Below, piece by piece: positions 43,608-56,431 of a stretch of 64,000 bases of DNA (positions within the stretch are counted from its first letter, which is position 1; each line of letters starts with the position of its first letter). Location: NCBI GenBank assembly GCA_000146045.2, contig BK006947.3, positions 224,001 to 288,000 of the forward strand. The letters run 5' to 3'. A model generated the notes under the pieces. The model made no database searches, was not told the origin of the DNA, and was given only the letters and a program-made list of their open reading frames with translations. Source of the DNA: TPA_inf: Saccharomyces (Eukaryota). Made by a program: the position numbers and the translations under genes.

Positions 43608-45593
43608 TTAGTTTTTTATATGACCAACATTAGAATTGTAACTGGAAAGCATATTTACATTAGGATTTGGGTTACCACTGCCTCCTCTTCTGCTGTTTGG
43701 GCCCCTAACACCCAGTGGGTTTTTTGAAAAGCTTAATCTGATACCTCCCTTACTGCTCACAGTGGAGCGAGGTAACTGTCTACCATACAATTCAGCTAAC
43801 GCTCTGGTTGCAAAACTGACATCATCGAATTCAACGAAGCACATCGGTCCGTGACTATGACCATTAGATGTGGTATTCTTATTCCTGAATGATAGTCTTC
43901 TGAAGCCTTCTTGACCAGAAAATAGCTGTCTTAGTTCTTGCTCAGTAGCGTCGGAGGGTAAATTCCCTACATAAAGGGTATTACAAGGTGGATTTTGATC
44001 AGCAGGGTTGGCAGGAGGTGGAATTCTGGCTAGTAGTGACAAATCAGCCTGAGAAATCGAGGCAGATCCAGTAATATTTGAGGATAATGAGGTAGTAGAG
44101 TTATTCTTGTGTGAATTTCTACTTGAACTTAATCTTGCGGGCGGTACTTTTTGAGGAGTGTTACTTTGATTCACAGGATACATATGCTCTGGTTGGGGTT
44201 GTTGCATAAATCTGTTCTGTTTTTGAGGTGTAATGTTCATATCAGAGGTGTTTACCATATTTGAAATGTGCTGCGATTGAGAAGACATTAAACCGTATGG
44301 AGGCAATGAATTTGAAGAGGTTAGGGAAGTGTTAATCGTGTTACCAATTTGCATCATTGGTTGTTGCGAGCTGGCAGAGAGTGCCTGGTTAGCACCATTA
44401 TTGCTGGCTCCATTGTTGGAGCTGGCGTTTGCATTGGCACTGGTGTTGCTATTCGTAGGTGCAATGGCTGTCGATGCTGCAGAGGGTAAAAAGAACGAAG
44501 AACCATGTTGGGATGCAGAAGTATTTCCCCATTCTAAAGTTGGCGTAGAAGGTTGGGGAGTGCTCATGTAACCGTTGATGCTGGAAGGTATACCGCTTGT
44601 GCCCCATATCTTTTCATTAATTTCAGTGTTATCTCTCAAAAGGAAAGATTTGCCAATATCAGATGTTTGAATTGTTGATTCCACAGACAAATCTTGATGT
44701 GAATGGTTAGAATGTAACCCAATAACCTGGCCTTGAGAAGATAACGGTATTGAAGAATTCACTTGTTGTTGATTACATTGTTGTGGTGAATGTTTTTGCG
44801 TAGAGTGTTGTTGTGGCTGTTGTGGCTGTTGCTGCTGCTGTTGAGATTGCTGTTGGCTTAAAGGAGAATCATTGGAAAATGGATCGCTGAATGAAAACCT
44901 GGATCTTTGTGATAACAGACTTGGCCTTTTCATTCCCGAGTTCGATTTATTCAATCTTGAGGTGTCATTGAAAATGGCAGATGATGGGAATGAAACCAAG
45001 TTTTTTGTTGTGTCATCTATTATTTCAACGGTTGTTTTATTGGGAAAACTGGGTCCAAAGAGTTCATTTTTCGAATTCAAAATAACGGCATAATTAATAG
45101 CTAGATTCAATAACTCAAATCTGGCAATGATAAAAATATCATTCTCGTCTTCTAATGAGGCAGAAGTGATGCTTGATGAAGAGTTTTTTTTCTGTAATTC
45201 TATACTTTTCACACCTTCAGCAAGAGCGAAGATTGCATAGCATTCTCTGAGAGTAATATCCTTGGCTACATTTGACAATTTTAGGCTGTAGCTCCCCTTA
45301 ATGTTGTTATCGTGATTGCTAATGTTGCTGCTTGCAATGTCTTGGGGCATACTTCCAAGGGCAAGTGTGTTTAGCATAGAAGATATCGCTAAGGGTGAGT
45401 TTGTGTCATTCAAATACAACTCCCCACTTGCGCTTCCTCTACCCGACGCTTCGTGGGGATGAGAAGTAGTGTTCAGATTCAAACTGGAACGATGACTGGG
45501 AGAAATGTTGTGTGTGTTGGTGGTACTAGACACAACGTTGTCGCTACTGGACGCAAATGACCCTGTTTGGTCAAAATAAACTGAACTTTGCAT
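43608..45593 (-). CDS. WHI3: RNA-binding cell-size regulator Whi3 (661 aa)
   Basis: Q/N/S-rich low-complexity protein with a polyQ tract and a C-terminal RRM (CNTLYVGNLPSDATEQELRQLFSGQEGFRRLSFRNK...MCFVEFDDV). Confidence 0.9.
   Translation of the reverse strand: MQSSVYFDQTGSFASSSDNVVSSTTNTHNISPSHRSSLNLNTTSHPHEASGRGSASGELYLNDTNSPLAISSMLNTLALGSMPQDIASSNISNHDNNIKGSYSLKLSNVAKDITLRECYAIFALAEGVKSIELQKKNSSSSITSASLEDENDIFIIARFELLNLAINYAVILNSKNELFGPSFPNKTTVEIIDDTTKNLVSFPSSAIFNDTSRLNKSNSGMKRPSLLSQRSRFSFSDPFSNDSPLSQQQSQQQQQQPQQPQQHSTQKHSPQQCNQQQVNSSIPLSSQGQVIGLHSNHSHQDLSVESTIQTSDIGKSFLLRDNTEINEKIWGTSGIPSSINGYMSTPQPSTPTLEWGNTSASQHGSSFFLPSAASTAIAPTNSNTSANANASSNNGASNNGANQALSASSQQPMMQIGNTINTSLTSSNSLPPYGLMSSQSQHISNMVNTSDMNITPQKQNRFMQQPQPEHMYPVNQSNTPQKVPPARLSSSRNSHKNNSTTSLSSNITGSASISQADLSLLARIPPPANPADQNPPCNTLYVGNLPSDATEQELRQLFSGQEGFRRLSFRNKNTTSNGHSHGPMCFVEFDDVSFATRALAELYGRQLPRSTVSSKGGIRLSFSKNPLGVRGPNSRRGGSGNPNPNVNMLSSYNSNVGHIKN
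44806..44858 (-). repeat. CAG/CAA trinucleotide repeat encoding the Whi3 polyglutamine tract (QQQSQQQQQQPQQPQQ)
   Basis: The plus strand shows ...tgttgttgtggctgttgtggctgttgctgctgctgttg..., which is CAR codons on the coding strand. Confidence 0.8.
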
Positions 45594-46274
45594 GCTAAGA
45601 GATACAGGTTTTTCCCTCTGAAATATTGATCGATAAAGGCTGCTCTAGGTAAGTGACGCTTACAAATATTTGCAACTCACAGAAAAGTGATGACAAAGAC
45701 TTTTAACTTGAAATGATATGATCAGTTGAGAAAAAGCTGGTGAAGCAAATGAAAAATACGGGAAGAAAACAGGAACAGAAGGTTTTCAAAGTACACGACT
45801 TATTTTCTCTTTAATGCTAATTGATTGAATAAAGAGAAGACAGAAAGGAAACTGACACGTAAAATATGTGGACGGAATAAACAACTGTGCGTGAGCAGCG
45901 TTTCAAAAGCCTTTTCTTTTTGGAGGTCTGTGCTTGTTTAAAGAAGGCAATTCAATCAGGTGGTTATACTTGTTTATTCCGGCTTACTTGGTCGTGTTTG
46001 TTTTTTCTTTTGACCTCTCATGTCCGAAAAGGTCCAAAACAACGAGAAAAAAAAGCAGCAATCAGTTACCCCATTTAACGCGGGTAACAATAACGATTGT
46101 TCTAAATAGAGCAGATATCCAATAGTTGAGAACATGAAGAAGGATGGCGATAGAATCAGTGCGAAGCAGTCTAAAGAAGTTCCTTTCCCTTTCCTTTCCT
46201 TTTATTTTGCTAATAGTATTTGATATAAAGATGAAATACTATAAGAAGTTTATAAATTTTTTAAATTAGAAAAG

Positions 46275-47183
<909 letters not shown>

Positions 47184-47522
47184 TTATGTTTTTGATTTTT
47201 ACTATACTGATTAAGGTAGAAAATGGGACGATCTTGCTTTTTGTGTCCTTTCATTGAAGCACTGTTATTTATACGGTCAACTGCAGCCGGGCATAATTTC
47301 GGCGGCTATTCATATTGTCATCCCCGCACTCCTTCTTTGACAGCACGCAAGCACATGGAGGCTGATAATGCCCTCCCATATTGTAATAGAATATATTTAT
47401 GCAATAAAGAGAACGCAATAGCTGCATTTAACCAATAAAAAATTCGTTATGACAATAATATGTAGACAAGGATATAAAAGTATAAGGTTGGTTATAAATA
47501 AAAACTGTAGGAAAAACAAAAA

Positions 47523-48308
47523 CTACTTATGCAAGACCTTATTCTCAGGGTGCGAAATACTATGATCAGTAGCGTTTAGAACGTTAGCCGAAGGATTAGT
47601 CTCATCCATAATTTGGTTTCTTGGGACATTGTGCCGATCACCCACACCGTAGGCGTAGGTTTCCTTTTCCTCAGTTTCCTGATTGAATGATGGAATACTT
47701 GCGGGATATCCCTGCACTTTAGTGGTGTAAGAAGAAGCAGAGACGCCGCTATTTTCTTCTCTCATCATTTTCTCATTGTACCTGTCTGAGGAAGCCGTTT
47801 GGGGGTCCATCATGTCTTGGTTGTTATTATCGGCACGGCGAGAAGAAACGCTGTTCCACGCGTCGATGTGATGAGGTTGACTTTGAGGTGAACCTGCACC
47901 GGGAACATGTTGGTCGATAGGCCCATTGAAGTGCGGATCAGAGGTGTCTTGACAACCAATCGGCACGTTCTTGCTGTTCATTCTTGCCTCGGTCATTTTA
48001 CTACTATCAAAATTGGCTAGCGTAGACCTAGCGTTTTTGTTATAGTCACTGACCACTCTATTTGTGACTTTGCCACATCCCGGGATACCGATGCTACCGG
48101 CACCGGTGTTTAAAGTAGGGCCTGGGCATTCAGTTGGTAAAATTCCAGAGCGCTGTTCGTGAGACGAAGAGTGTCCGTCACGATGAGGATATTTGAGGTC
48201 GCTTGCCCTGCCACACCCTGGAACGCTGTACGTTTTATCCTTTGCCTGGTTCATATTGAGAGCATCATCACTTGCATATGCTTGAGCAGATTGGCCCAAA
48301 CCCAGCAT
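47523..48308 (-). CDS. YNL195C (261 aa), a protein of unknown function and HBT1 paralog
   Basis: 261-aa hydrophilic ORF ([60 protein letters not shown]...). Length and position fit YNL195C. Confidence 0.6.
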
Positions 48309-48709
48309 CCTGTCATAAGATTTGTCAATATGGTAGCCGAAGCCGTGCTGTGTAGCAGAAGACTCTTGGTTTGTGTCTAATTCATTGCTGTCGAAATAGT
48401 GAAAAGAAAAGAAAAAGAGTTAGTAAGATGTGTATGATACATTAAAAGGAAGTTAAAATACGATTTCTTTTTATTAGATGGTATCATTACATTGTTTGAC
48501 GTATAGTATTAGTATTATTAGAGGTTGAGAATTAAAGATATTATATTTAGGGAAACATAAAAGATTAGTGGAATATCGGTGCAAAATATTAGTAATAAAT
48601 AAAATTGGTATCAACAGAGAATAGGAGAAGGCTAATCGCTGCAATTAGGTTTGTTATTATTTGTAATCCTAGCTTTAATAATAAGGGAAAAAAAAGCCTC
48701 CTTTGCACC

Positions 48710-49615
48710 CTATGATACAACAGGAACATTCTGTTCAGTATAGACGCGTTCCTCTTGAACCCGGTCTGGTTCATCGCCTGCGCTAGTCACAGTTCTCTTT
48801 TTCGTTCTCAATTTCTTAAAGAACCTATGATTCTGGTGGGATTGAGATTGTTGGACCTCAGTTACAGGCACCGAGGAAGGTATTCCTCCATTTGTTGGAA
48901 CTGGAGTTGGAGTTTGTGAGTCCACTGTCTTGGTAGAAGCGAAACTGCGGTCATAGATGTACTCGTTTCTTTTATGAGTAGCCACCATGATAGTACAGCA
49001 AATGGCGTTTACAATTAACAAAAATACTGTGGTCCAAATAAGCCCAAAATTCTTGGGACCTAGTCTAGCATCACGATTCTCATGGTGAAACGCCTTTACT
49101 GCCTTAGCGTAACATCCTGTGTACAGACAAGCGGATAGGGTTATGAAGAAAAGCGTGATCCAGCTCATTGCAGTTGCCAGAGCGGCGGTACGTCTATTGT
49201 ATCTGATTAAACTGGCAATAACCGAAACTAACGTGATTAACAAAAAGAAAAGCCCGATTAGAAGCATTGCCCAGCCCACTCTTGAAAGATAATAGTAGGC
49301 ATTTCTGTTGTTTAAAAAAGTTGAGGGCATGAGGGGGGAACTGCCAAAGTTGTCCCTTGGTGAAAACGGCTGAGCTGCCATCTTAGAAGAGCAGTTGACT
49401 GCTATTCCGCGGCTTTCCCAGCCGCACCAGTTATAATTGTACCATCTGGTTACGGAGGGCGCCGAGTTAAAGCCCGAAGTGGATGCCTGAAACCAATAAA
49501 AATTCTTCAACACTCCTGTGGTCCTGCCACCTGCTAGTATCAGAAAAAAAGTCAACAATGTAGCCCCTAGTAGAAAGAAAAGGTTAATAAAGTACACAAA
49601 CTTTTTGTAGGACAT
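48710..49615 (-). CDS. Sur7/PalI-family plasma-membrane tetraspan protein YNL194C (301 aa)
   Basis: Four hydrophobic segments with a Sur7-like extracellular loop. Confidence 0.75.
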   Translation of the reverse strand: MSYKKFVYFINLFFLLGATLLTFFLILAGGRTTGVLKNFYWFQASTSGFNSAPSVTRWYNYNWCGWESRGIAVNCSSKMAAQPFSPRDNFGSSPLMPSTFLNNRNAYYYLSRVGWAMLLIGLFFLLITLVSVIASLIRYNRRTAALATAMSWITLFFITLSACLYTGCYAKAVKAFHHENRDARLGPKNFGLIWTTVFLLIVNAICCTIMVATHKRNEYIYDRSFASTKTVDSQTPTPVPTNGGIPSSVPVTEVQQSQSHQNHRFFKKLRTKKRTVTSAGDEPDRVQEERVYTEQNVPVVS

Positions 49616-50367
49616 TGATTATTAGAAACGGAAATATATGAGGTTATACTTAATGCTTATCGTGATCGCAATACAAGTAATTGTTTATGGTTGTTTGAAA
49701 ACCCTAGAAAAGTGGCTAATTTCGGATAAGAATTACAGATAGGATCTCTAACATAATATAAGTTGTTAGGGTATTTAGCTAATGTTTTTATATCGAAAGC
49801 AGGGGATAACAGCGGAGACAGAAAACAGGGAATAGTGATCTCATCTTTCCATCCGTTCATCCCACTTTTACGTCCTTGTAAATAGTACAAACTGCGGGTA
49901 GTAATGCAAGATTTGATGATATACAGGGTGCTTTTGCATTGCAACCCCCTCCCTTAAAAGACGCTGGGGAGCAATTTTGTTCTAGAAGTCCCCTCTTTGT
50001 CGTCTTCCCAAATCCGACTTGTGCGGCTGTGCGGCTGTGCACTTCAGGGGGTGTCCTTGCCGTAATTTCGAGGAGTCTTTGTAAGTGATTAATTTTCTCA
50101 AAAATTCAACGTATGAAAAGGTGATAGTTTCGGCATCTGCGATATTCTTTTGGACCAGTTAGTGATGACGAAGGCCCTTAAGATTATGTTGGGAGCCAAA
50201 TTTTCGTAGTTGCATACGTAATTTTGAATTTGATTTGCTTTTTTTTCTTTTTTGCCTTGGCTTTCCGTTGATGCGGATTCTTGAGAGTTCTAAAAGTTTA
50301 TGTATACAAACACCGCATTGAATGCTTCGCCTCTTAAGCAGACAACTAGAGTATTGTAAACCAGGTA

Positions 50368-52044
50368 ATGGGACCTCCGAAAAATTTCAAGCATTTCAGT
50401 AAGAGTAATAAACACAAAAAGGAGCAGAAAGCCCTGATTACTCAAGAAGATTTCTACCTGGCAGCGATCGACTGTGAAGAACAAGCAGACCGTTGGTTGC
50501 TATCGGACATAAAGAAATGTTTGCGGTTCTATCTAAAGGCTCTAGAGCACTACGAAAATGGTCTGACTGCTTTAGATTCCACGCAGGAAGGGAAATATAA
50601 TATCTATTATAATGAAACAAGGCTTTTTTTGCAAATTTATACAGATTATCTGGCCAATAACGGCTACATTAATATCTTGCAATACGTGAAAATGGATGAT
50701 ATGCCTGATCTTTCCAATTTGGTGTTATCTCTGCCACAGATTATCCAACGGTTTGAAATTGTTTATGAGACTTTCCCAGAACAGAGAACTTGGGATCTTC
50801 AATTCAATCTATTGACATGTTATTTGACTCTCATAGAGTCCCTAGACGACACCGTTTCGCCCACCGTTGCAATGGAAGGTGCAGACATTTTAACTTTGAC
50901 AAACAAGTATATTGAAATCTTTCAACACCTGGTTAATTATCTGTTACAAGAACTACAAAACTGGAGTGAAAATGCAGAACAAGATTCCGATGACACAGAT
51001 ACGGAATTGCAAAGAGATACTTTGGATGAAGACGCGATGCAAGTTACCAGGGACGGAAGTGGTATCCGAACCAATGGACCTGTACAACCTCCAGCAGAAG
51101 TTATGGACGTTTCTGAACAAGTGACTCCGTCTTCACTTACCGAAGTACTCGCCAACTCTTTAAAGTTCAACCATGCTTTGATGGAATTGGTTATTGAGTC
51201 GAAAATATCTATTGAAAAAAATGTCGAAACGAAAATCTTGAATCCTATTCAGATTAATTTCTTGGAAGATACAACCAATAAATTCTATTTACAACTACGC
51301 GACATTATAGACTCCATTTCCGCCGCCATTCCATTAGATTTGAAGGAAATCGGTTTAGCCAAGACTTTAATTGAAGGTTTGAACATCATTAGCTCCGGAA
51401 CCTTCGAGTCATTGCAAGATTTTGTTCTGCAAACCGTCTCCTTTACCGATCTGCTTGATGAAAAAGATGTACAGGGTAAGATTGATCTTTCGTTGATTAG
51501 AGTTGATATCGTTGAATTTGCCATTCTATGTTTAAACGATTATTCTTCAGATGCATCTTGGAAACTCTCTGGGTTATTGACCAAAGTTCTTACAGAGGCT
51601 AGAACTTTATTAACAGACTATAGAAATCAAATCTTGTTTCTGAAAAATCAGACATTGAACGAACAATTGAGTCACGTAGTTTTTCAACTTTGTGATGTCT
51701 TAGTAAATTCCTCCGATAATGAACTGAGAAGGTACGCTATAAAAGAATCAACTGAAAAGTCACAAAAAACCCCCGGGGGAGCGCATACTTTAAACATATT
51801 GATGAAAAACGCTAACGTTTTTCTGAATAATGCTGTCGCTATCTCATCAAAACAGTGCGGGTTACAAGAAACGATTATTGATAAACTGAAGAGGAACTAT
51901 ATCCATAATCAAGCCAAGGAAAGACTACTTTTCTTACAGAGGCTGGAACAGAAGTCAAATGAGGATGACGGTACTTCTGCTTCGCCTACCGCAATGACGT
52001 TCGATATGCCACCAGAACACCCTTTTTATAGCCACTATCGGTAG
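50368..52044 (+). CDS. YNL193W (558 aa), a protein of unknown function
   Basis: 558-aa ORF (MGPPKNFKHFSKSNKHKKEQKALITQEDFYLAAIDCEEQADRWLLSDIKKCLRFYLKALEHYENGLT...) with ordinary codon usage and no competing ORF. Confidence 0.7.
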   Translation: MGPPKNFKHFSKSNKHKKEQKALITQEDFYLAAIDCEEQADRWLLSDIKKCLRFYLKALEHYENGLTALDSTQEGKYNIYYNETRLFLQIYTDYLANNGYINILQYVKMDDMPDLSNLVLSLPQIIQRFEIVYETFPEQRTWDLQFNLLTCYLTLIESLDDTVSPTVAMEGADILTLTNKYIEIFQHLVNYLLQELQNWSENAEQDSDDTDTELQRDTLDEDAMQVTRDGSGIRTNGPVQPPAEVMDVSEQVTPSSLTEVLANSLKFNHALMELVIESKISIEKNVETKILNPIQINFLEDTTNKFYLQLRDIIDSISAAIPLDLKEIGLAKTLIEGLNIISSGTFESLQDFVLQTVSFTDLLDEKDVQGKIDLSLIRVDIVEFAILCLNDYSSDASWKLSGLLTKVLTEARTLLTDYRNQILFLKNQTLNEQLSHVVFQLCDVLVNSSDNELRRYAIKESTEKSQKTPGGAHTLNILMKNANVFLNNAVAISSKQCGLQETIIDKLKRNYIHNQAKERLLFLQRLEQKSNEDDGTSASPTAMTFDMPPEHPFYSHYR

Positions 52045-52501
52045 TGAAATTACGTACATATACATAAGTAGAAGATAATTCGTTGCGCATATGCTACAAG
52101 AACCCTTGGTGAAACGAAATTTGATACAAGTAAATACATGCAGGAAACATACATTACCTCTGAAACAAAGCCGAGACGGGGCCCAGCAGTCTTTTTTTAG
52201 AAATCGCGTGGCTTGGTAACGCGATAATGACGCGACACAGCCATTAGTGTGAAATTTGATTTTCTTGGCCAAACTAGGTATAATATTTGTTACAAATTAT
52301 TGATTTTAATATATATCTCGGGTTCATTTTTTACGTCGGTACTCCAAAGGATCAGAACACTTACATTTTGAGGCCTACCGGACCTTGCAGTACTGCTTGT
52401 TTAAATACGCAGTATACATTTCTTCTTCTTCTTCTCTCTTCTTTCCTTCCTCGAAGAGTCACTAAATTAATACTGGGAAGCCAAACCAAAAAAACTATAC
52501 A

Positions 52502-55500
52502 ATGAGTGATCAAAATAATCGATCGAGAAATGAATATCACTCAAACCGGAAGAATGAACCTTCCTATGAACTCCAAAATGCACATAGCGGGCTATTTCAC
52601 TCTTCTAATGAAGAATTAACAAACAGGAACCAAAGATATACCAATCAAAATGCCAGCATGGGTTCATTCACTCCAGTCCAATCTTTGCAATTTCCAGAAC
52701 AATCTCAGCAAACAAATATGCTTTATAACGGTGACGATGGCAATAATAATACTATCAATGATAACGAACGAGACATATATGGAGGTTTTGTCAACCACCA
52801 TCGCCAGCGTCCCCCACCAGCAACTGCAGAATACAATGACGTTTTTAATACGAATAGTCAACAGCTACCGTCGGAACATCAATACAATAACGTACCTTCA
52901 TATCCACTTCCTTCGATAAATGTGATTCAAACCACTCCAGAACTCATACATAACGGCTCACAGACTATGGCCACCCCCATCGAAAGGCCCTTCTTTAACG
53001 AAAACGACTACTATTATAATAACAGGAACTCTAGGACGTCACCGAGTATTGCTTCTAGTAGCGATGGTTATGCAGATCAGGAAGCTAGGCCCATTTTGGA
53101 GCAACCCAACAATAACATGAATAGCGGTAATATTCCTCAATACCATGACCAACCTTTTGGATACAACAATGGTTACCATGGCCTACAGGCAAAAGATTAC
53201 TATGACGATCCGGAGGGTGGTTATATTGATCAGAGAGGAGATGACTATCAGATTAATTCATATTTGGGTAGAAACGGTGAAATGGTTGATCCTTACGATT
53301 ATGAAAACAGTTTAAGACATATGACTCCTATGGAGCGTAGAGAATATCTTCATGATGATAGCAGACCCGTAAACGATGGAAAAGAAGAATTAGACAGTGT
53401 GAAAAGCGGTTACTCTCATAGAGACTTGGGGGAATATGACAAGGATGATTTTTCAAGGGATGACGAGTACGATGATCTCAACACTATTGATAAATTACAG
53501 TTTCAAGCTAATGGTGTACCTGCATCATCCTCGGTGTCTTCTATCGGATCTAAAGAATCCGACATAATAGTAAGCAATGATAACTTAACCGCAAATAGAG
53601 CACTAAAGAGAAGCGGTACTGAAATTAGGAAATTCAAACTTTGGAATGGTAATTTTGTTTTCGATTCTCCAATCAGTAAGACGCTATTGGACCAATACGC
53701 TACTACAACAGAAAATGCAAACACTTTACCAAATGAGTTTAAGTTTATGAGATATCAAGCAGTTACTTGCGAACCTAATCAACTTGCAGAGAAGAATTTC
53801 ACGGTGAGGCAGTTGAAGTATTTAACTCCAAGGGAAACGGAATTGATGCTAGTAGTCACAATGTATAATGAAGACCATATCCTGTTAGGAAGAACTTTGA
53901 AAGGTATTATGGACAATGTCAAATATATGGTGAAAAAAAAAAATTCAAGCACTTGGGGGCCGGATGCATGGAAAAAGATTGTCGTTTGTATCATTTCAGA
54001 TGGTAGATCCAAAATTAATGAACGCTCGCTAGCATTACTAAGTTCGTTAGGTTGTTACCAGGACGGGTTTGCTAAGGATGAAATTAATGAAAAAAAAGTG
54101 GCAATGCATGTCTACGAACATACGACAATGATCAACATCACAAATATTTCGGAATCAGAGGTTTCATTAGAATGCAATCAAGGTACCGTTCCAATACAAC
54201 TTTTGTTTTGTTTGAAAGAGCAAAATCAGAAAAAAATTAACTCACATAGATGGGCATTTGAAGGCTTTGCAGAATTACTGCGTCCCAATATCGTTACATT
54301 GTTAGATGCTGGTACCATGCCAGGTAAAGATTCTATTTACCAGTTATGGAGAGAGTTCAGGAATCCAAATGTTGGTGGCGCATGTGGTGAAATAAGAACT
54401 GATTTGGGTAAGAGATTTGTAAAGCTTTTGAATCCTTTAGTTGCATCACAGAATTTCGAATACAAAATGTCCAATATTTTAGACAAAACAACCGAGTCTA
54501 ACTTTGGATTTATTACTGTTCTACCGGGGGCATTCTCTGCGTATAGGTTTGAAGCTGTGAGAGGCCAACCATTACAGAAGTACTTTTATGGTGAAATTAT
54601 GGAAAATGAAGGTTTTCATTTTTTTTCTTCCAATATGTATCTTGCTGAAGATCGTATTTTATGCTTTGAAGTGGTCACAAAAAAAAATTGTAATTGGATT
54701 TTGAAATACTGCAGAAGTTCTTATGCTTCAACAGATGTACCGGAGAGGGTCCCTGAATTTATTCTTCAGAGGAGGCGTTGGTTGAATGGTTCATTTTTTG
54801 CTAGTGTATATTCCTTTTGTCATTTTTACAGAGTCTGGAGCAGTGGTCATAATATTGGTAGAAAACTCCTTTTGACGGTTGAATTTTTTTACCTTTTCTT
54901 CAATACATTGATTTCATGGTTTTCATTGAGTTCATTTTTCCTAGTCTTTAGAATTCTCACTGTTTCTATTGCACTGGCATACCATTCAGCATTTAATGTG
55001 TTGTCCGTCATATTCCTGTGGCTTTATGGGATTTGTACCTTATCAACATTCATACTGTCATTGGGTAATAAACCTAAAAGTACTGAGAAATTTTATGTTC
55101 TAACTTGCGTCATTTTTGCGGTGATGATGATTTACATGATATTCTGCAGTATATTCATGAGTGTCAAATCCTTCCAAAATATATTGAAAAACGATACCAT
55201 CAGCTTTGAGGGTTTGATTACCACAGAAGCTTTCAGGGATATTGTTATCTCTCTGGGCTCCACTTATTGTTTGTACCTAATCAGTTCAATTATCTATTTG
55301 CAGCCATGGCATATGTTGACAAGTTTTATTCAGTATATTTTATTGAGTCCTTCTTACATCAATGTTTTGAATATCTATGCATTTTGTAATGTCCACGACT
55401 TATCATGGGGTACAAAGGGTGCAATGGCAAATCCGCTGGGTAAGATTAATACTACAGAAGATGGTACGTTCAAAATGGAAGTTCTGGTCTCTAGTTCAGA

Positions 55501-55897
55501 GATTCAAGCAAACTACGATAAATATTTGAAAGTTTTAAATGACTTCGATCCAAAATCAGAATCTCGGCCTACTGAGCCATCTTATGATGAAAAAAAGACT
55601 GGCTATTATGCAAACGTTAGATCTCTCGTGATTATCTTTTGGGTCATCACAAATTTCATCATCGTTGCTGTTGTCTTAGAAACCGGTGGGATTGCAGATT
55701 ATATTGCTATGAAATCCATATCAACTGATGACACTTTAGAAACTGCAAAGAAGGCGGAAATTCCCTTAATGACCAGTAAGGCCTCAATTTATTTTAATGT
55801 AATTTTATGGTTAGTTGCATTATCGGCATTAATAAGGTTCATTGGTTGCTCAATATACATGATAGTAAGGTTTTTTAAAAAGGTTACATTTCGCTAA
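52502..55897 (+). CDS. CHS1: Chitin synthase I (1131 aa)
   Basis: GT2 chitin synthase signatures: the QRRRW motif (ILQRRRWLNGSF), EDRIL, and C-terminal multi-pass transmembrane segments. Confidence 0.95.
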   Translation: MSDQNNRSRNEYHSNRKNEPSYELQNAHSGLFHSSNEELTNRNQRYTNQNASMGSFTPVQSLQFPEQSQQTNMLYNGDDGNNNTINDNERDIYGGFVNHHRQRPPPATAEYNDVFNTNSQQLPSEHQYNNVPSYPLPSINVIQTTPELIHNGSQTMATPIERPFFNENDYYYNNRNSRTSPSIASSSDGYADQEARPILEQPNNNMNSGNIPQYHDQPFGYNNGYHGLQAKDYYDDPEGGYIDQRGDDYQINSYLGRNGEMVDPYDYENSLRHMTPMERREYLHDDSRPVNDGKEELDSVKSGYSHRDLGEYDKDDFSRDDEYDDLNTIDKLQFQANGVPASSSVSSIGSKESDIIVSNDNLTANRALKRSGTEIRKFKLWNGNFVFDSPISKTLLDQYATTTENANTLPNEFKFMRYQAVTCEPNQLAEKNFTVRQLKYLTPRETELMLVVTMYNEDHILLGRTLKGIMDNVKYMVKKKNSSTWGPDAWKKIVVCIISDGRSKINERSLALLSSLGCYQDGFAKDEINEKKVAMHVYEHTTMINITNISESEVSLECNQGTVPIQLLFCLKEQNQKKINSHRWAFEGFAELLRPNIVTLLDAGTMPGKDSIYQLWREFRNPNVGGACGEIRTDLGKRFVKLLNPLVASQNFEYKMSNILDKTTESNFGFITVLPGAFSAYRFEAVRGQPLQKYFYGEIMENEGFHFFSSNMYLAEDRILCFEVVTKKNCNWILKYCRSSYASTDVPERVPEFILQRRRWLNGSFFASVYSFCHFYRVWSSGHNIGRKLLLTVEFFYLFFNTLISWFSLSSFFLVFRILTVSIALAYHSAFNVLSVIFLWLYGICTLSTFILSLGNKPKSTEKFYVLTCVIFAVMMIYMIFCSIFMSVKSFQNILKNDTISFEGLITTEAFRDIVISLGSTYCLYLISSIIYLQPWHMLTSFIQYILLSPSYINVLNIYAFCNVHDLSWGTKGAMANPLGKINTTEDGTFKMEVLVSSSEIQANYDKYLKVLNDFDPKSESRPTEPSYDEKKTGYYANVRSLVIIFWVITNFIIVAVVLETGGIADYIAMKSISTDDTLETAKKAEIPLMTSKASIYFNVILWLVALSALIRFIGCSIYMIVRFFKKVTFR

Positions 55898-56431
55898 GTA
55901 GATTGATTACCCCTTTGTTATAAATAAGTATATGTGTTTACTATCATATAATAATTAATTAGTTGTAAGTATGGTATTTTTCAAAGAAACATTTAGTATT
56001 ATTTTTAAAGGGTGCCTTTACCATAAAACCAAAAAAAAATGGCTTCTGAGAGAAAAACATAAATAATTGATAAAACTGAAACTCACAACACCAACTCTTC
56101 CGCTCTAAACACCCAAAGCTCAAAAAACGACATGTGCACATCTATATCCATAAACTTTCAAAAAAGTGGTTCATTCGCAAATTCATGAAGTATTATTTAA
56201 TACACAGTAATCTGGCATTTCATACTATCATTGCTCAAATTATCCGCCGGACCCTTGAAACTGTGGCGCTTTTTAAGACGCATCTCCAAAAAAAGAAAAA
56301 GAACAAAAGAAAAAAAGCTGCAAATATATATACAAAACAGATTTCACGTTTATTGCTTGGGAGTAAGGTAACGATCCGGAAGCCTTGAAGAAATTTGAAT
56401 GTATCCAACTAACTATTGAAAATCATTCGTG

